Positions 1 through 9,875 of a stretch of DNA of 64,000 nucleotides are shown piece by piece. Within the stretch, counting starts at the first letter, position 1; every line of letters begins with the position of its first letter. The stretch comes from a virus, in the IMG/VR virus record IMGVR_UViG_3300025121_000776, positions 96,001 to 160,000 of that record; one strand, written 5' to 3'. The position numbers were made by a program, and so were the translations under genes. The notes beneath the pieces were generated by a model. The model ran no database searches, had not been told where the DNA came from, and was given only the letters and a program-made list of their open reading frames with translations.

Positions 1-1670
1 ATCCATCCTCCTATAGTTTGAATTGTTTCACCCATATCAAAACTTTTTACTTCTCTCTGCCTGTTATGAGTTAATTCGTGGCCAATACTTCTTAAAATGT
101 CAACTAAAGCCCTGCCTGTGCATCTTATGTGATTAGAGTTTTCGCCTGGAACATATGAAGCTGTTGTCATTATGTATTCGTCTCTGCCCTTATGAAGATA
201 AATTGACACTGGCTCTTCTATTCCCAATCTATTGCAAACAAAATTTATAAAACTTTTTATTATTTCAACCTTTTCTGGGGTCATTCCTTCAATACCATCT
301 TCAACACCTAAAATATTTTCTTGCTTATCTCCATTTAATTTAAATTTAAGTTTTTTGTTTGGAGGGTAAGAATAAGAAAAAGTATCACTCTCAAAAACAG
401 CACGTTTTTTTAAATCTTTTATGTATTTTTTCCCAGTTCCTGGTTTCACATATGCAATTGTCATATGTGGATGATATTCTGGATGGTCATTTTTATAGGG
501 AAAATTTTCTCTTAAAACACTATTTAACTCATTTAAATCTGGGGAATCAACATCAAATTTTAAAACATCATAATCTTTATTTTCAAATAAAGATATGTTA
601 TTTAATTTAACTTTTAATTTTTCTTTGTTCTGTAATAATTTTTTTGTTGTTTCCTCAACTTCTTCTGGAGAAACTTTATTGGGAATAAATCCAAATAATG
701 CTGTAATATGTGGTTTATCTTCTAATCCATATCCAATAGCATCATAAATATCCTTTTGTTCAATTATACCAGTAATTTTATCCCATCCTTTTATATTTAA
801 ATCTAGCATTAAGCAGCCAAACTCTTTTTTAAATTCTTCTTTTCCTTCTATAATTACTTTTCTTTTATTTTCAACCGATTCAGCCACTTGTTCTTTTTCT
901 GCTAAAGATAAAGAAGAATCAAAAGCGGCTTTTTTAATATTGGAAAGTTTTTCAAGATAATCAGCTTTTCTAATAACTTTAAAAGCAAGATTTTCTACAG
1001 AGTATTCTCCTCCTTGTTCTAAACCAGAATTTCTAAGTTTTTTTAGCTTATCTTTTATTTTTTCAGCTTTAGCTAAAAGTTCCTTTTCATCATTAATTTG
1101 TTCCAAACTATCAATATCATTCATTATTGTAGCTGCCTTTTCTTTAATTGCAACTTCATCAATATCTTTTGTGTATTTTTCTGGCTTTTGAACCCATTCG
1201 TTTTTTAAAACACTATAAACGCCTTTTGAAGAAAACAAAGTTTCTTCATCTTTTGCAAATAATTCTACTTCAAAGCCTTTTATTTTGATATCATGTTCAT
1301 CATTCCACAAGGATTTCTTTGCGACAATATATTCTTGAAGGAATTCCATTGGCTCATTCATTGATTCTAAATCAAGAATTAAGTGAATATCAATATCACT
1401 CATCAAAGTCCAGTTGTAATTAGCTAAGCTTCCAGTAAAAATTACATCTTTTAATTTACAGTTTAATTTTAAATATTCTTTAAAAGCCTTAGCAATTTTT
1501 AATATCGTAAGTCTTGCATCTTTTTTTAATTTCTCTCCATCCCAAATTTCAGCGTTTAAAGTGTCTTTTGGCTCATTTACTTGCACATCAATATCGCTGG
1601 GGGAAATAATCTCTTCAAGAAAACTAAAACTTCTAGTTAAAATATATGGATTTTTTTTCTTTGACTTCAT
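1..1670 (-). CDS. Polyvalent protein (C-terminus runs off the window): Pol-beta-type nucleotidyltransferase + 2H phosphoesterase (Acb1/T4 57B-like) + HExxH zincin-like domain
   Basis: Absent from the ORF track because it has no stop inside the window. Translated by hand at several checkpoints, all in one frame from ATG 1670: FTGSLANYNWTLMSDIDIH (~1383-1439), KPHITALFG (~690-716), EYHPHMTIAY (~450-479), GHELTHN (~63-83). Confidence 0.8.
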   Translation of the reverse strand, partial: MKSKKKNPYILTRSFSFLEEIISPSDIDVQVNEPKDTLNAEIWDGEKLKKDARLTILKIAKAFKEYLKLNCKLKDVIFTGSLANYNWTLMSDIDIHLILDLESMNEPMEFLQEYIVAKKSLWNDEHDIKIKGFEVELFAKDEETLFSSKGVYSVLKNEWVQKPEKYTKDIDEVAIKEKAATIMNDIDSLEQINDEKELLAKAEKIKDKLKKLRNSGLEQGGEYSVENLAFKVIRKADYLEKLSNIKKAAFDSSLSLAEKEQVAESVENKRKVIIEGKEEFKKEFGCLMLDLNIKGWDKITGIIEQKDIYDAIGYGLEDKPHITALFGFIPNKVSPEEVEETTKKLLQNKEKLKVKLNNISLFENKDYDVLKFDVDSPDLNELNSVLRENFPYKNDHPEYHPHMTIAYVKPGTGKKYIKDLKKRAVFESDTFSYSYPPNKKLKFKLNGDKQENILGVEDGIEGMTPEKVEIIKSFINFVCNRLGIEEPVSIYLHKGRDEYIMTTASYVPGENSNHIRCTGRALVDILRSIGHELTHNRQREVKSFDMGETIQTIGGW

Positions 1671-1694
1671 TAAATAACTATTTTCAATAAATAG

Positions 1695-2150
1695 TTATAA
1701 ATTATGAATTTTAAAAAACTCTGCAACTTCTGTTTTTTTAAAACTATAAAGCTTAGTCATACTGCCTTTGTCGCCAGCCAAATTAAATATTTTTGGTTTT
1801 AAATAATCAATCATACATTTTAACTTATGTGTTTCTATATTCCATATTTCGTTAAAATGTAAAAAATAAGTTGTAAAATAATCTGCTTCTGTAACTGCAA
1901 TTCCAGATGACTTTCCTCTACACTCAAATTCTACAACTATATTACCAGTGTTGATTGGATAAATATCAGTTTTAATTTCATATGTTTTTATACAACTCTT
2001 AAATGACATTTTTAAATCATATCTATAATCGTAATTTTTTTCAATGAAAGCATATCCTTTTTGTATCATGAAGTTTTTAACAATATCTTCGCCCCTTTCT
2101 CCTGTTATAACATCTTTTTTAAAATCATATTTTCCTTTTATTATTTTCAT
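1695..2150 (-). CDS. PD-(D/E)xK nuclease-fold protein
   Basis: GE.GE helix followed by YDL...TYEIKTD (D...ExK) motif. Confidence 0.55.
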   Translation of the reverse strand: MKIIKGKYDFKKDVITGERGEDIVKNFMIQKGYAFIEKNYDYRYDLKMSFKSCIKTYEIKTDIYPINTGNIVVEFECRGKSSGIAVTEADYFTTYFLHFNEIWNIETHKLKCMIDYLKPKIFNLAGDKGSMTKLYSFKKTEVAEFFKIHNL

Positions 2151-2233
2151 GAAGCAAATTTATATAAAAAAAACCAATTATCAAAAATTATGTTTCATAT
2201 TACTGTAGTCAGGTTAAAGCTGACTAAATGCAT

Positions 2234-2279
2234 ATAAAACATAAAAGCCCCGCAGAAATGTGGAGCTTTTATGTTTTAT
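2234..2279. terminator. Bidirectional intrinsic terminator-like hairpin
   Basis: ATAAAACATAAAAGC ... GCTTTTATGTTTTAT 15-bp inverted repeat just downstream of the 2291-2722 stop. Confidence 0.7.
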
Positions 2280-2290
2280 TAGTATTTTTT

Positions 2291-2722
2291 TTACCTATTA
2301 TCGTCTTTTGGTATATTATATGAATATAAATTTTGCCATCTACCTTTTTGGTCTTCTTTTACAATATTTTTTTCTTCTGAAATAATATCAAATAGTTCTG
2401 GATTAATTAAAGGATTTCTTAAATCCATTTTCTTATTAACCTTTTTCATTTCTTCTGCAAGGATTTTAATTTTCTCTGGAGAAAAAGATTCACCTATAGA
2501 TAATGTCTCTGGAACTTTAGGTTCTTTTTCAAGTTTTGGAGCTTCTGGAAGTTTATTTACATTGCCTTTTGTTGAATTGGGTTTAGTAAATTTAGGTAGT
2601 TCTGGAACCTTTAAGGTTTTTTTCTTTTCATCCAACACCTCTGCTCTAGATAAATCTTCGTTTTCAGAAAGATATTTCTTGGCACTTTTAATTACAAATT
2701 CTTTAAATTCTTTCTTATCCAT
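2291..2722 (-). CDS. Hypothetical late protein with capsid-targeting-like leader
   Basis: 143-aa ORF, leader MDKKEFKEFVIKSAKKYLSE; ATATTTATA motif upstream. Confidence 0.7.
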   Translation of the reverse strand: MDKKEFKEFVIKSAKKYLSENEDLSRAEVLDEKKKTLKVPELPKFTKPNSTKGNVNKLPEAPKLEKEPKVPETLSIGESFSPEKIKILAEEMKKVNKKMDLRNPLINPELFDIISEEKNIVKEDQKGRWQNLYSYNIPKDDNR

Positions 2723-2952
2723 AAGAAAATTTTGTTAAGTTTTTATATAAATATAATAAAAAAATGAAATCCTATTCTCTAGCACTTGGAATTCAATAAT
2801 TATTGCATAATAGTAAAACTTTTTTTATTTTTTTTCGTATAATAGTATAGAAACAAAAATAGAAAGACAATGACAACTAATAGAAAAAACTATTTTGAAG
2901 AACTCATAGATGCTATTGCTATTTTAATACAAGAAAAAAAAGAATAAAACCC

Positions 2953-3315
2953 TTATTTCATAGGGTTTTTATCACTTATATCAGCAAAAATTAATGCAAT
3001 TAATTGCTGTAAAAAGCTTTGCCTTTTCAGTAATTTTTTATATTCTATTATGATTGCATCTACCAAAGATTCTATGTTGGGATTATGTACTCTTTGGGGG
3101 GCTGATTTTATATCATTAATTATGCTTATAAATTCAGCCACGTCTGTGTTTCTTCCCCATTTTATCCAAAAGTGAATTCCGCCAGATAAAACAATATGGA
3201 CATAGGTTATTTGTTTATTTTCATCTCGGTCAATACTAATGTTTTTTAAAGAAACTTTTTTTTCTTTAAACACCTGTTTATAAGCATTTAATATGTTACT
3301 ATTTAACTCTTTCAT
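2953..3315 (-). CDS. Hypothetical protein
   Basis: 120-aa ORF abutting the CCA enzyme gene. Confidence 0.65.
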   Translation of the reverse strand: MKELNSNILNAYKQVFKEKKVSLKNISIDRDENKQITYVHIVLSGGIHFWIKWGRNTDVAEFISIINDIKSAPQRVHNPNIESLVDAIIIEYKKLLKRQSFLQQLIALIFADISDKNPMK

Positions 3316-3316
3316 A

Positions 3317-4708
3317 TTATTTGCTAATAAATATCATTTTTTTTATTTCTTCCGCATCACCAGAATCAATTATAGGCTTAACTCTATCTGGATTTTTAAA
3401 GAATTCCTTTTCAATTCTAGCGATAGCTATGCCTAATTCTCTATCTTTATATCCCAAAGTTTTTAATAGTTCTGATGGTTGAATAAATTCATCTGCAAGT
3501 CTTAATAAGTTTTTTATTTTAACCTTATCAATGTGATTTAAGTTTGCAAATTTATCCATTACTTCTTCAGTCATTGGATATGGTTTTTCAGATATTACAG
3601 GTTTTGCGTTTTTTACCTTTTGCGAGTAAAATTTTTTAATCTCAGAAGCATTATCTTCATTTAAACTTATTAAGCTAACAAGAAAAGCAAAGCAGTTAAC
3701 TTCATCAGAACTATATTTTTTCAAATTAAGTTCAGTACCTATGTTTTTAATATTGTTACGTCTTAATAAATTAGCGGTCATAGCAATTGGATGTCTTTCT
3801 TCTGCAAAAGCACTTAAATCAACACTTAAATTAGTTCCAAATATGTGTTTAAAGAAATCAAAATCCTGTAATAAAGAAAGGAAATGAACTACACTTTTTG
3901 CATTTTTTATACCTTTGTAGTATTCATCTCTTATTCTTTCATCTGAAACTTTTTTACCAATTGGGTCAACCAATGATGTGCCACCAGCTCTAATTGCAGC
4001 AGCAACATTATTTGGAATTTCCGAACCCATTACTGCGGCAAATCTCACGGCACGAATCTTTCGAAGGGGGTCTTCTGCAAATCTGTCTTCTGGGTTTCCA
4101 ACAGTGTTAATTGAGTTCGTTTTTAAATCATTAACCCCTCCCACTAGGTCATGAACTATTCCAATGAATCCCTTATCATTAACTCCAGTTATTTCATAGT
4201 ATAATGCATTGATAGTCAAATCTCTCCTTTGAGAATCTTTTTCAATTGTTTTTTCATACTGAACAGAATCTGGTTTTCTTCCTCCGCCAGAATCACTACG
4301 TAGTGTAGCCAACTCATATTGATTATGAGATTTTGTAACAAGAAATTGGATAGCAAAAGATTCTCCAATATTTAAAATGTTTGAAATAAAATCTGCACCA
4401 GAAAACATTTTTTTAATTTCATCTGGAGTCGCATCTGTAACTAAATCAAAGTCTTTTGGAACAACCAAAGTTTCATTCATGGGATTTTTTGATAATTTTA
4501 TTGAGTTTCTAACAGTATCTCGGACTGCACCTCCAATAATCCACATTTTAAACCCATTTTTGTTGAGCGTGTATTTTATTTTTGAAATATCATTTTTATC
4601 AGATTCTTTTACAGGCATTTCGAGAGCAAAAGTTTTTGCTCCATCAGCTTCTTGTAAGAATTTTTCTAACAATATTTTTTTCACCTTTTTTCTTATTTCT
4701 TTTTCCAT
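3317..4708 (-). CDS. cca: CCA-adding tRNA nucleotidyltransferase / poly(A) polymerase family (class II)
   Basis: GGAVRD, DFDLVTD, RRDLTINAL and EDPLRKIRAVRFA motifs. Confidence 0.9.
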   Translation of the reverse strand: MEKEIRKKVKKILLEKFLQEADGAKTFALEMPVKESDKNDISKIKYTLNKNGFKMWIIGGAVRDTVRNSIKLSKNPMNETLVVPKDFDLVTDATPDEIKKMFSGADFISNILNIGESFAIQFLVTKSHNQYELATLRSDSGGGRKPDSVQYEKTIEKDSQRRDLTINALYYEITGVNDKGFIGIVHDLVGGVNDLKTNSINTVGNPEDRFAEDPLRKIRAVRFAAVMGSEIPNNVAAAIRAGGTSLVDPIGKKVSDERIRDEYYKGIKNAKSVVHFLSLLQDFDFFKHIFGTNLSVDLSAFAEERHPIAMTANLLRRNNIKNIGTELNLKKYSSDEVNCFAFLVSLISLNEDNASEIKKFYSQKVKNAKPVISEKPYPMTEEVMDKFANLNHIDKVKIKNLLRLADEFIQPSELLKTLGYKDRELGIAIARIEKEFFKNPDRVKPIIDSGDAEEIKKMIFISK

Positions 4709-4775
4709 CGGATAATATTTTTTTATAAATATGTCTCCTTTTTCATTATACGAAAAACATTGGAAAAAGTTTTGC

Positions 4776-4806
4776 TTTGTAAAATGATTTTTTATTCTTA
4801 TATTTG
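4776..4806 (+). promoter_or_regulatory. Bacteroidota sigma-A-type promoter (-33 TTTG, -7 TAnnTTTG)
   Basis: TTTG 4776-4779, 19-nt spacer, TATATTTG 4799-4806. The same arrangement occurs at 20989-21020 (20-nt spacer), and TATCTTTG lies at 5211-5218. Confidence 0.6.
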
Positions 4807-4834
4807 CTTATAACTTTAAAAAAATAAATAATTT

Positions 4835-5206
4835 ATGACTAATTACGGAAAAGAATTGATTTTAGACTTACACAACTGCGATGTAAGAATGTTTAATCGA
4901 AAATATTTGAAGCAGTATTTCAAAGCACTATGCAATGAAATAGATATGCAAAGATGCAAACTTTGTTGGTGGGATGATTTACATACACCTGAAGCAGAAA
5001 AACAGACTTTGTCACACACAAAAGGAACATCGGCAGTTCAATTTATCCTTACAAGTAATATCACTATTCATACACTTGAATTGACAAAAACTGTTTATGT
5101 GAATATATTTAGCTGCAAAGATTTTGATTCTCATAAAGCTGAATTACTAACAAAAGAACATTTCAAAGGCGAAGTGAAACAATCATTAACAATAGATAGA
5201 ATTTAA
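4835..5206 (+). CDS. speD: Pyruvoyl-dependent S-adenosylmethionine decarboxylase-like proenzyme
   Basis: YGKELILDLHNC...GTSAVQFILTSNITIHT...VNIFSCKDFD; size matches class 1b AdoMetDC. Confidence 0.75.
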   Translation: MTNYGKELILDLHNCDVRMFNRKYLKQYFKALCNEIDMQRCKLCWWDDLHTPEAEKQTLSHTKGTSAVQFILTSNITIHTLELTKTVYVNIFSCKDFDSHKAELLTKEHFKGEVKQSLTIDRI

Positions 5207-5222
5207 TGATTATCTTTGCAGA

Positions 5223-5810
5223 ATGAAAAAGTCTGGTATTTATAAAATAGAATCAAAAATCAAATCTAACAAATGCTACGTAGGTAGTGCTGTTTGTATT
5301 AGCAATAGATGGTATATCCATTTAAGACTTCTAAGGTTAAATAAACATCCTAATCGAAAACTTCAAAGTCATTTTAATAAATACAGTGAATCTGATTTGC
5401 AATTTTCAATCCTTTTAAGCTGTGAAAGAGAAGATTTAATAAAAAATGAGCAATATTATATTGATTTATACAAACCGTTTTTTAATAATTGTAAAAAAGC
5501 GGGGAGTCAGTTGGGAATAAAAAGAACATCTGAATTTAAAAATAAATTAAGAGGTAGGCATATTTCAGAAGAAACACGAAGAAAATTAAGCGAATTAGGT
5601 AAAGGGAGAATTTTTTCAGAAGAAACACGAGATAAAATGAGTAAGGCAAAAATTGGCAATAAAAATGTTGCAGGTAGTAAGCGTTCAAATGAAACAAATG
5701 ATAAGCATAGAAAAGTTATGACAGGGAAAACTCATTCAGAAGAAACAAAAGCAAAGATGCGTAAAAGCAAACTTGGAAATAAAAACGCAACAAAAAACAA
5801 AGAAAAATAA
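5223..5810 (+). CDS. Free-standing GIY-YIG homing endonuclease with NUMOD3 repeats
   Basis: SGIYKI...CYVGSA; three (H/F)SEET(R/K)xK(L/M)(S/R) repeats. Confidence 0.9.
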   Translation: MKKSGIYKIESKIKSNKCYVGSAVCISNRWYIHLRLLRLNKHPNRKLQSHFNKYSESDLQFSILLSCEREDLIKNEQYYIDLYKPFFNNCKKAGSQLGIKRTSEFKNKLRGRHISEETRRKLSELGKGRIFSEETRDKMSKAKIGNKNVAGSKRSNETNDKHRKVMTGKTHSEETKAKMRKSKLGNKNATKNKEK

Positions 5811-5812
5811 TT

Positions 5813-6817
5813 ATGAACGTAGTTTTAATAGTGCCTACTGGAATAGGTGCAGAAATAGGCGGACACGCAGGAGATGCAAACCCTGCTGCTAAATTACTTG
5901 CTTCCTGTTGTGATAAACTAATTACACATCCAAATGTAGTAAACGCATCAGATATAAACGAGCAAACTTATAATACTTTGTATGTTGAAGGAAGTATCCT
6001 TGACAGATTTTTGAGAGGTGAAATATATTTGAAAGAAGTATTTTACAACAAAATTCTATTGGTTGTAAATAGTCCTATAAACAATGATACGATAAACGCA
6101 GTTAATGCTGCAAGGACCACAATTGGAGCGGACATTAAAATAGTTGAACTTGAAACTCCATTGGAAATGATGGGATTTTATAAAAATGGAAAAGCTGATG
6201 GCAAAGTAACAGGATGTTTGGAATTAGTTGAACAAATCAAAGATTACGACTTTGCCGCCTTGGCAATTCAAACCAACATACAAGTTGAACGAGAAACAAA
6301 ATTACATTATTTAAAAAATGGTGGGGTAAATCCGTGGGGCGGAATCGAAGCAATTACATCAAAATTAATTGCCGACAAACTTGATAAACCCGTTGCTCAT
6401 TCTCCTTTTGTTGATTGGCAAAACGGACAGGATGACTTAGCAGATTTTAATGAAGTTGTTGACCCCAGAATGAGTGCTGAAATGGTATCACTTTGTTATT
6501 TGCATTGCATTTTAAAAGGATTACATAAAGCGCCAAAAATTGATTACGAAAAAGGACTATCAGTTGATGACGTTGATTTTCTAATAACTCCAATAAATTG
6601 TGTTGGCGAGCCTCATTACGCCTGCATGAATGCTGGAATACCAATTATAGCTGTAAAAGAAAATAAAACTATTTTAAATGATAAAATGCCCGATAATTTT
6701 ATTATAGTAGATAATTATATTGAGGCAGCTGGATTACTTATGGCCTACAAGGCAGGAATAAGCTCACATTCGGTAAGGCGACCAATTCTTAACAATTTTA
6801 ATAAAAACTTAATATAA
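5813..6817 (+). CDS. DUF3326-family protein
   Basis: IVPTGIGAEIGGHAGDA N-terminus, THPNVVNASD, YVEGSILDRF and GVNPWGGIEA motifs recalled from this family. Confidence 0.7.
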   Translation: MNVVLIVPTGIGAEIGGHAGDANPAAKLLASCCDKLITHPNVVNASDINEQTYNTLYVEGSILDRFLRGEIYLKEVFYNKILLVVNSPINNDTINAVNAARTTIGADIKIVELETPLEMMGFYKNGKADGKVTGCLELVEQIKDYDFAALAIQTNIQVERETKLHYLKNGGVNPWGGIEAITSKLIADKLDKPVAHSPFVDWQNGQDDLADFNEVVDPRMSAEMVSLCYLHCILKGLHKAPKIDYEKGLSVDDVDFLITPINCVGEPHYACMNAGIPIIAVKENKTILNDKMPDNFIIVDNYIEAAGLLMAYKAGISSHSVRRPILNNFNKNLI

Positions 6818-6821
6818 AATC

Positions 6822-7067
6822 ATGGAAAAAATACACAATATAAATTTACAACCACTTAAGTCGGTTAGAGCCTGGGACACAAAAAGAGTGAAGGCTTATA
6901 AGAATAGAATTCAAAAACACATTTCTTATTTAGAAACCAATTCGTTTGCCATTTGTTGTGACCATGTCCCAGTTAATGTGAAGCAAGCCGAAGTAGAATT
7001 AGAAAGATTCAGAAACTACAAAGCAGAATTAAAAAAAATTCTTGCAGAAAGAGAACATGTTGACTAA
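6822..7067 (+). CDS. Hypothetical protein
   Basis: 81-aa co-oriented ORF. Confidence 0.55.
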   Translation: MEKIHNINLQPLKSVRAWDTKRVKAYKNRIQKHISYLETNSFAICCDHVPVNVKQAEVELERFRNYKAELKKILAEREHVD

Positions 7068-7132
7068 TTCTACAACTTTTCTAATTTTTTTTCGTATAAA
7101 TTAGTGTAAATAAATTTATAAAATTTAAAAAA

Positions 7133-8332
7133 ATGAGAACAAAATCTTTGGAACCAGTAAATAAAAATTCAATTCTTTGGGCGGATTTATATAAGTTTAC
7201 AATGTGTTGGGCAATTATTAAATTTTTCCCCGAAGCAAAAGTGAGATATGAATTTATTGACCGAAACGATACGGTTTATCCAGATGAATTTGCAGTTGAG
7301 TTAAGAAAAATAGTAAATAACTATAGTCAAAAAAGATTATCTAAACAGCGTAAGGTTGAGTTTGCGAAAGCATGTCCATTCTTGCCAGCTGCTTTTTTTG
7401 ATTTTCTCGAAGGCTACATATATGACCCAAGTGAGGTCGGAATTATTCAAACAGGTGGAAAATTATCAATTCAAATTGCTGGATACTGGTACAGAACTGT
7501 TATGTGGGAAACTACACTAATGGAAGATATTTCTGAGTTATATTTTAATATGACAGGCCAAAGCGATGATAAAGTAGATATTGAGGGCGCCCTACGAAAA
7601 ACTGCAGATAAAACATCTTTATTTCACTTAAATAGCGCACAAGTTGCTGACTTCGGAACAAGAAGAGCAAAGTCAAAAGATATGCATATAGCAATGATTG
7701 ATGTGATGACAAACTCATTAATGTATAAGAATTTTATTGGCTCAAGCAATGTTGAACTTGCACTATATAATGATATTAAAGTAATTGGAACTTATGCACA
7801 TGAATGGGTTTCTGGAATAGGTGCAATGTTTGGATATGCTCATGCAAATAGAATTGCAATGGAAAAATGGTCAGAAACATATAATGGGAATTTAGGTATT
7901 GCTTTAACTGACACATTTACCACAGATGCTTTCTTGGCAGATTTTGATTCTAAATATGCAAATCTTTTCACTGGAGTAAGACACGACAGTAGTGACCCCT
8001 TCGTTTTTACAGATAAAATTATTGACCACTATAAAAAACTTGGTATTGACCCGACTACAAAAACAATCGTTTATTCTGATGGTTTGAATCCAGAAATGGT
8101 TGTTAAATTACAGGATTACCGTAGGGGTGAAATCAGAAAATCATATGGTATTGGAACTAATTTAACAAATGATATTGATGGAGTTAAACCTTTAAACATT
8201 GTTGTTAAACTTCTTGAAATAAATGGAATGGCATCTGTTAAATTATCTGACTCTCCAACGAAACACGTAGGTGACCCAGAAACAATTAAATTTATTAAAT
8301 GGCAGAATTCTCAAAGATTAATGCAAAAATAA
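7133..8332 (+). CDS. pncB: Nicotinate phosphoribosyltransferase
   Basis: DLYKFTM, ADFGTRRA, GTYAHEW, IALTDTFTT, GVRHDSSDP, VYSDGL, GIGTNLTND, VKLSD. Confidence 0.93.
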   Translation: MRTKSLEPVNKNSILWADLYKFTMCWAIIKFFPEAKVRYEFIDRNDTVYPDEFAVELRKIVNNYSQKRLSKQRKVEFAKACPFLPAAFFDFLEGYIYDPSEVGIIQTGGKLSIQIAGYWYRTVMWETTLMEDISELYFNMTGQSDDKVDIEGALRKTADKTSLFHLNSAQVADFGTRRAKSKDMHIAMIDVMTNSLMYKNFIGSSNVELALYNDIKVIGTYAHEWVSGIGAMFGYAHANRIAMEKWSETYNGNLGIALTDTFTTDAFLADFDSKYANLFTGVRHDSSDPFVFTDKIIDHYKKLGIDPTTKTIVYSDGLNPEMVVKLQDYRRGEIRKSYGIGTNLTNDIDGVKPLNIVVKLLEINGMASVKLSDSPTKHVGDPETIKFIKWQNSQRLMQK

Positions 8333-8334
8333 TT

Positions 8335-8928
8335 ATGGCAAGGACAATTGAAATAGCAGAGGAAACAAGGGTATTTAACGGCTACACCAAGGTGGACAAA
8401 GCATCAATAGAAGACACTTTAGAAAATGGTAAAGTAGATAAGTACACCAGAGAAAAGGTTGTAAGACCAAATGCCGTAACAGGCCTCATTTACAATACAG
8501 ATACTGAAACTATTGTTCTTGTAAAGCAATTCAGATATCCAACTAAATTAGGGAAAAGAAGCGGATTCATTTACGAAGCCATAGCTGGAAAAATAGATGG
8601 AGACGAAGACCCTCTAATAGCATTTAAAAGAGAGTGTTTAGAAGAAGTTGGATATAAACTTAAAAACAAAAACATTCAATATTGTAATTGGAGTTTTGCA
8701 ACTCCAGGATATTCAACTGAAAAACTTTACTTTTATTTAGCCAAAGCTACAAACAGAGATAAAATAAATAGAGGCGGAGGAGTAAAAGGTGAGCACGAAC
8801 ACATCGAGGTTTGCGAATTTCACTATCTTCAGTTTAAAAGTATGATGAGTGATTTAGAAGATTTAAAAACTAGATTCTTAGCATACGAAGCACATCACAG
8901 AAAATTATTTGATAAAAAGCAATATTGA
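8335..8928 (+). CDS. Nudix hydrolase, ADP-ribose pyrophosphatase-like
   Basis: Complete Nudix box GKIDGDEDPLIAFKRECLEEVGY; LVKQFRYP and TPGYSTE motifs. Start moved to the ATG at 8335. Confidence 0.88.
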   Translation: MARTIEIAEETRVFNGYTKVDKASIEDTLENGKVDKYTREKVVRPNAVTGLIYNTDTETIVLVKQFRYPTKLGKRSGFIYEAIAGKIDGDEDPLIAFKRECLEEVGYKLKNKNIQYCNWSFATPGYSTEKLYFYLAKATNRDKINRGGGVKGEHEHIEVCEFHYLQFKSMMSDLEDLKTRFLAYEAHHRKLFDKKQY

Positions 8929-9806
8929 TAACAAAATATAACATAGAGGAATTTAAGTGGATTGATGTGCTAACACCAACAGATATAGATTTAGAAATCA
9001 TATCTAAGGATTATGCTATACAACATACATTGTTGATAGACAGTATTGAATCTGGTCACCTACCTAAATACGAAATGATAGATAATTTAATATTTTTATT
9101 ATTTCGTATCTTTGACAAAAACTCAAAAGAAGGAGCTGATACCATTTCAGAATTAACTGAAAAACTTTCCATATTTTATCGTGATAATATTATTGTTACT
9201 ATACATCGTGAAGAAATTGATTTTATTACGAAAATTACCAAAAAAAATACATGCAAAAATGTTCTTGAGTTATTACTATATCTTATAAACAATTCAATAC
9301 TGTCATTTGAAAAGAGAATAAACAATGTAATCAATTCTATTGAAACAATAGAAAATCACTTGTTTAGCAAAAGAAATTCAAAATATGTTTTACAGAATTT
9401 ATATAAAATTAAAAAACAAATATATGTAATTGATAAAATATTGGATTTAAACATGGACCTAGTACAAAATGTTTTAGAGGATACTAAGATAAATAAAAAT
9501 CTAATTCAAGATGTAAAAGAGACTAATGAAAAATTCCAATTTCGCTCAACGAATATAATTGATAATATAAATAATATTATTAACATTCATTTAGCAATCG
9601 AATCCAACAAGGCCAATGACATAATGAAAATATTGACAGTTATCACATTGTTCTTTTTGCCCGCATCATTTCTGGTTGGAATTTATGGAATGAATTTTAA
9701 CATGCCAGAATTGACGTGGAAATTTGGCTATGGATGTTTTTGGATATTTTTAGTCTTAATGGAAGTTGTAATTTTTTTCATTGCAAAAAGAAAAAGGTGG
9801 CTATAA
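8925..9806 (+). CDS. corA: CorA-family Mg2+/divalent cation transporter
   Basis: GIYGMNF signature between two C-terminal TM helices, MPEL loop. Confidence 0.9.
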   Translation: MITKYNIEEFKWIDVLTPTDIDLEIISKDYAIQHTLLIDSIESGHLPKYEMIDNLIFLLFRIFDKNSKEGADTISELTEKLSIFYRDNIIVTIHREEIDFITKITKKNTCKNVLELLLYLINNSILSFEKRINNVINSIETIENHLFSKRNSKYVLQNLYKIKKQIYVIDKILDLNMDLVQNVLEDTKINKNLIQDVKETNEKFQFRSTNIIDNINNIINIHLAIESNKANDIMKILTVITLFFLPASFLVGIYGMNFNMPELTWKFGYGCFWIFLVLMEVVIFFIAKRKRWL

Positions 9807-9875
9807 TGGTCATAGATAAAATTAATTTATTATGAAAGAAAGAATAGAACAGATAAACAAAAAAAACAATTAATT

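Noticed and set aside
359-610. Plus-strand 83-aa ORF and other antisense ORFs in the track (e.g. 4377-4715, 14566-14874, 23433-23744, 43934-44257, 50418-50666, 61105-61344)
   Set aside because: They are shadows of well-supported genes on the opposite strand; 50418-50666 was useful only for revealing the antisense duplication
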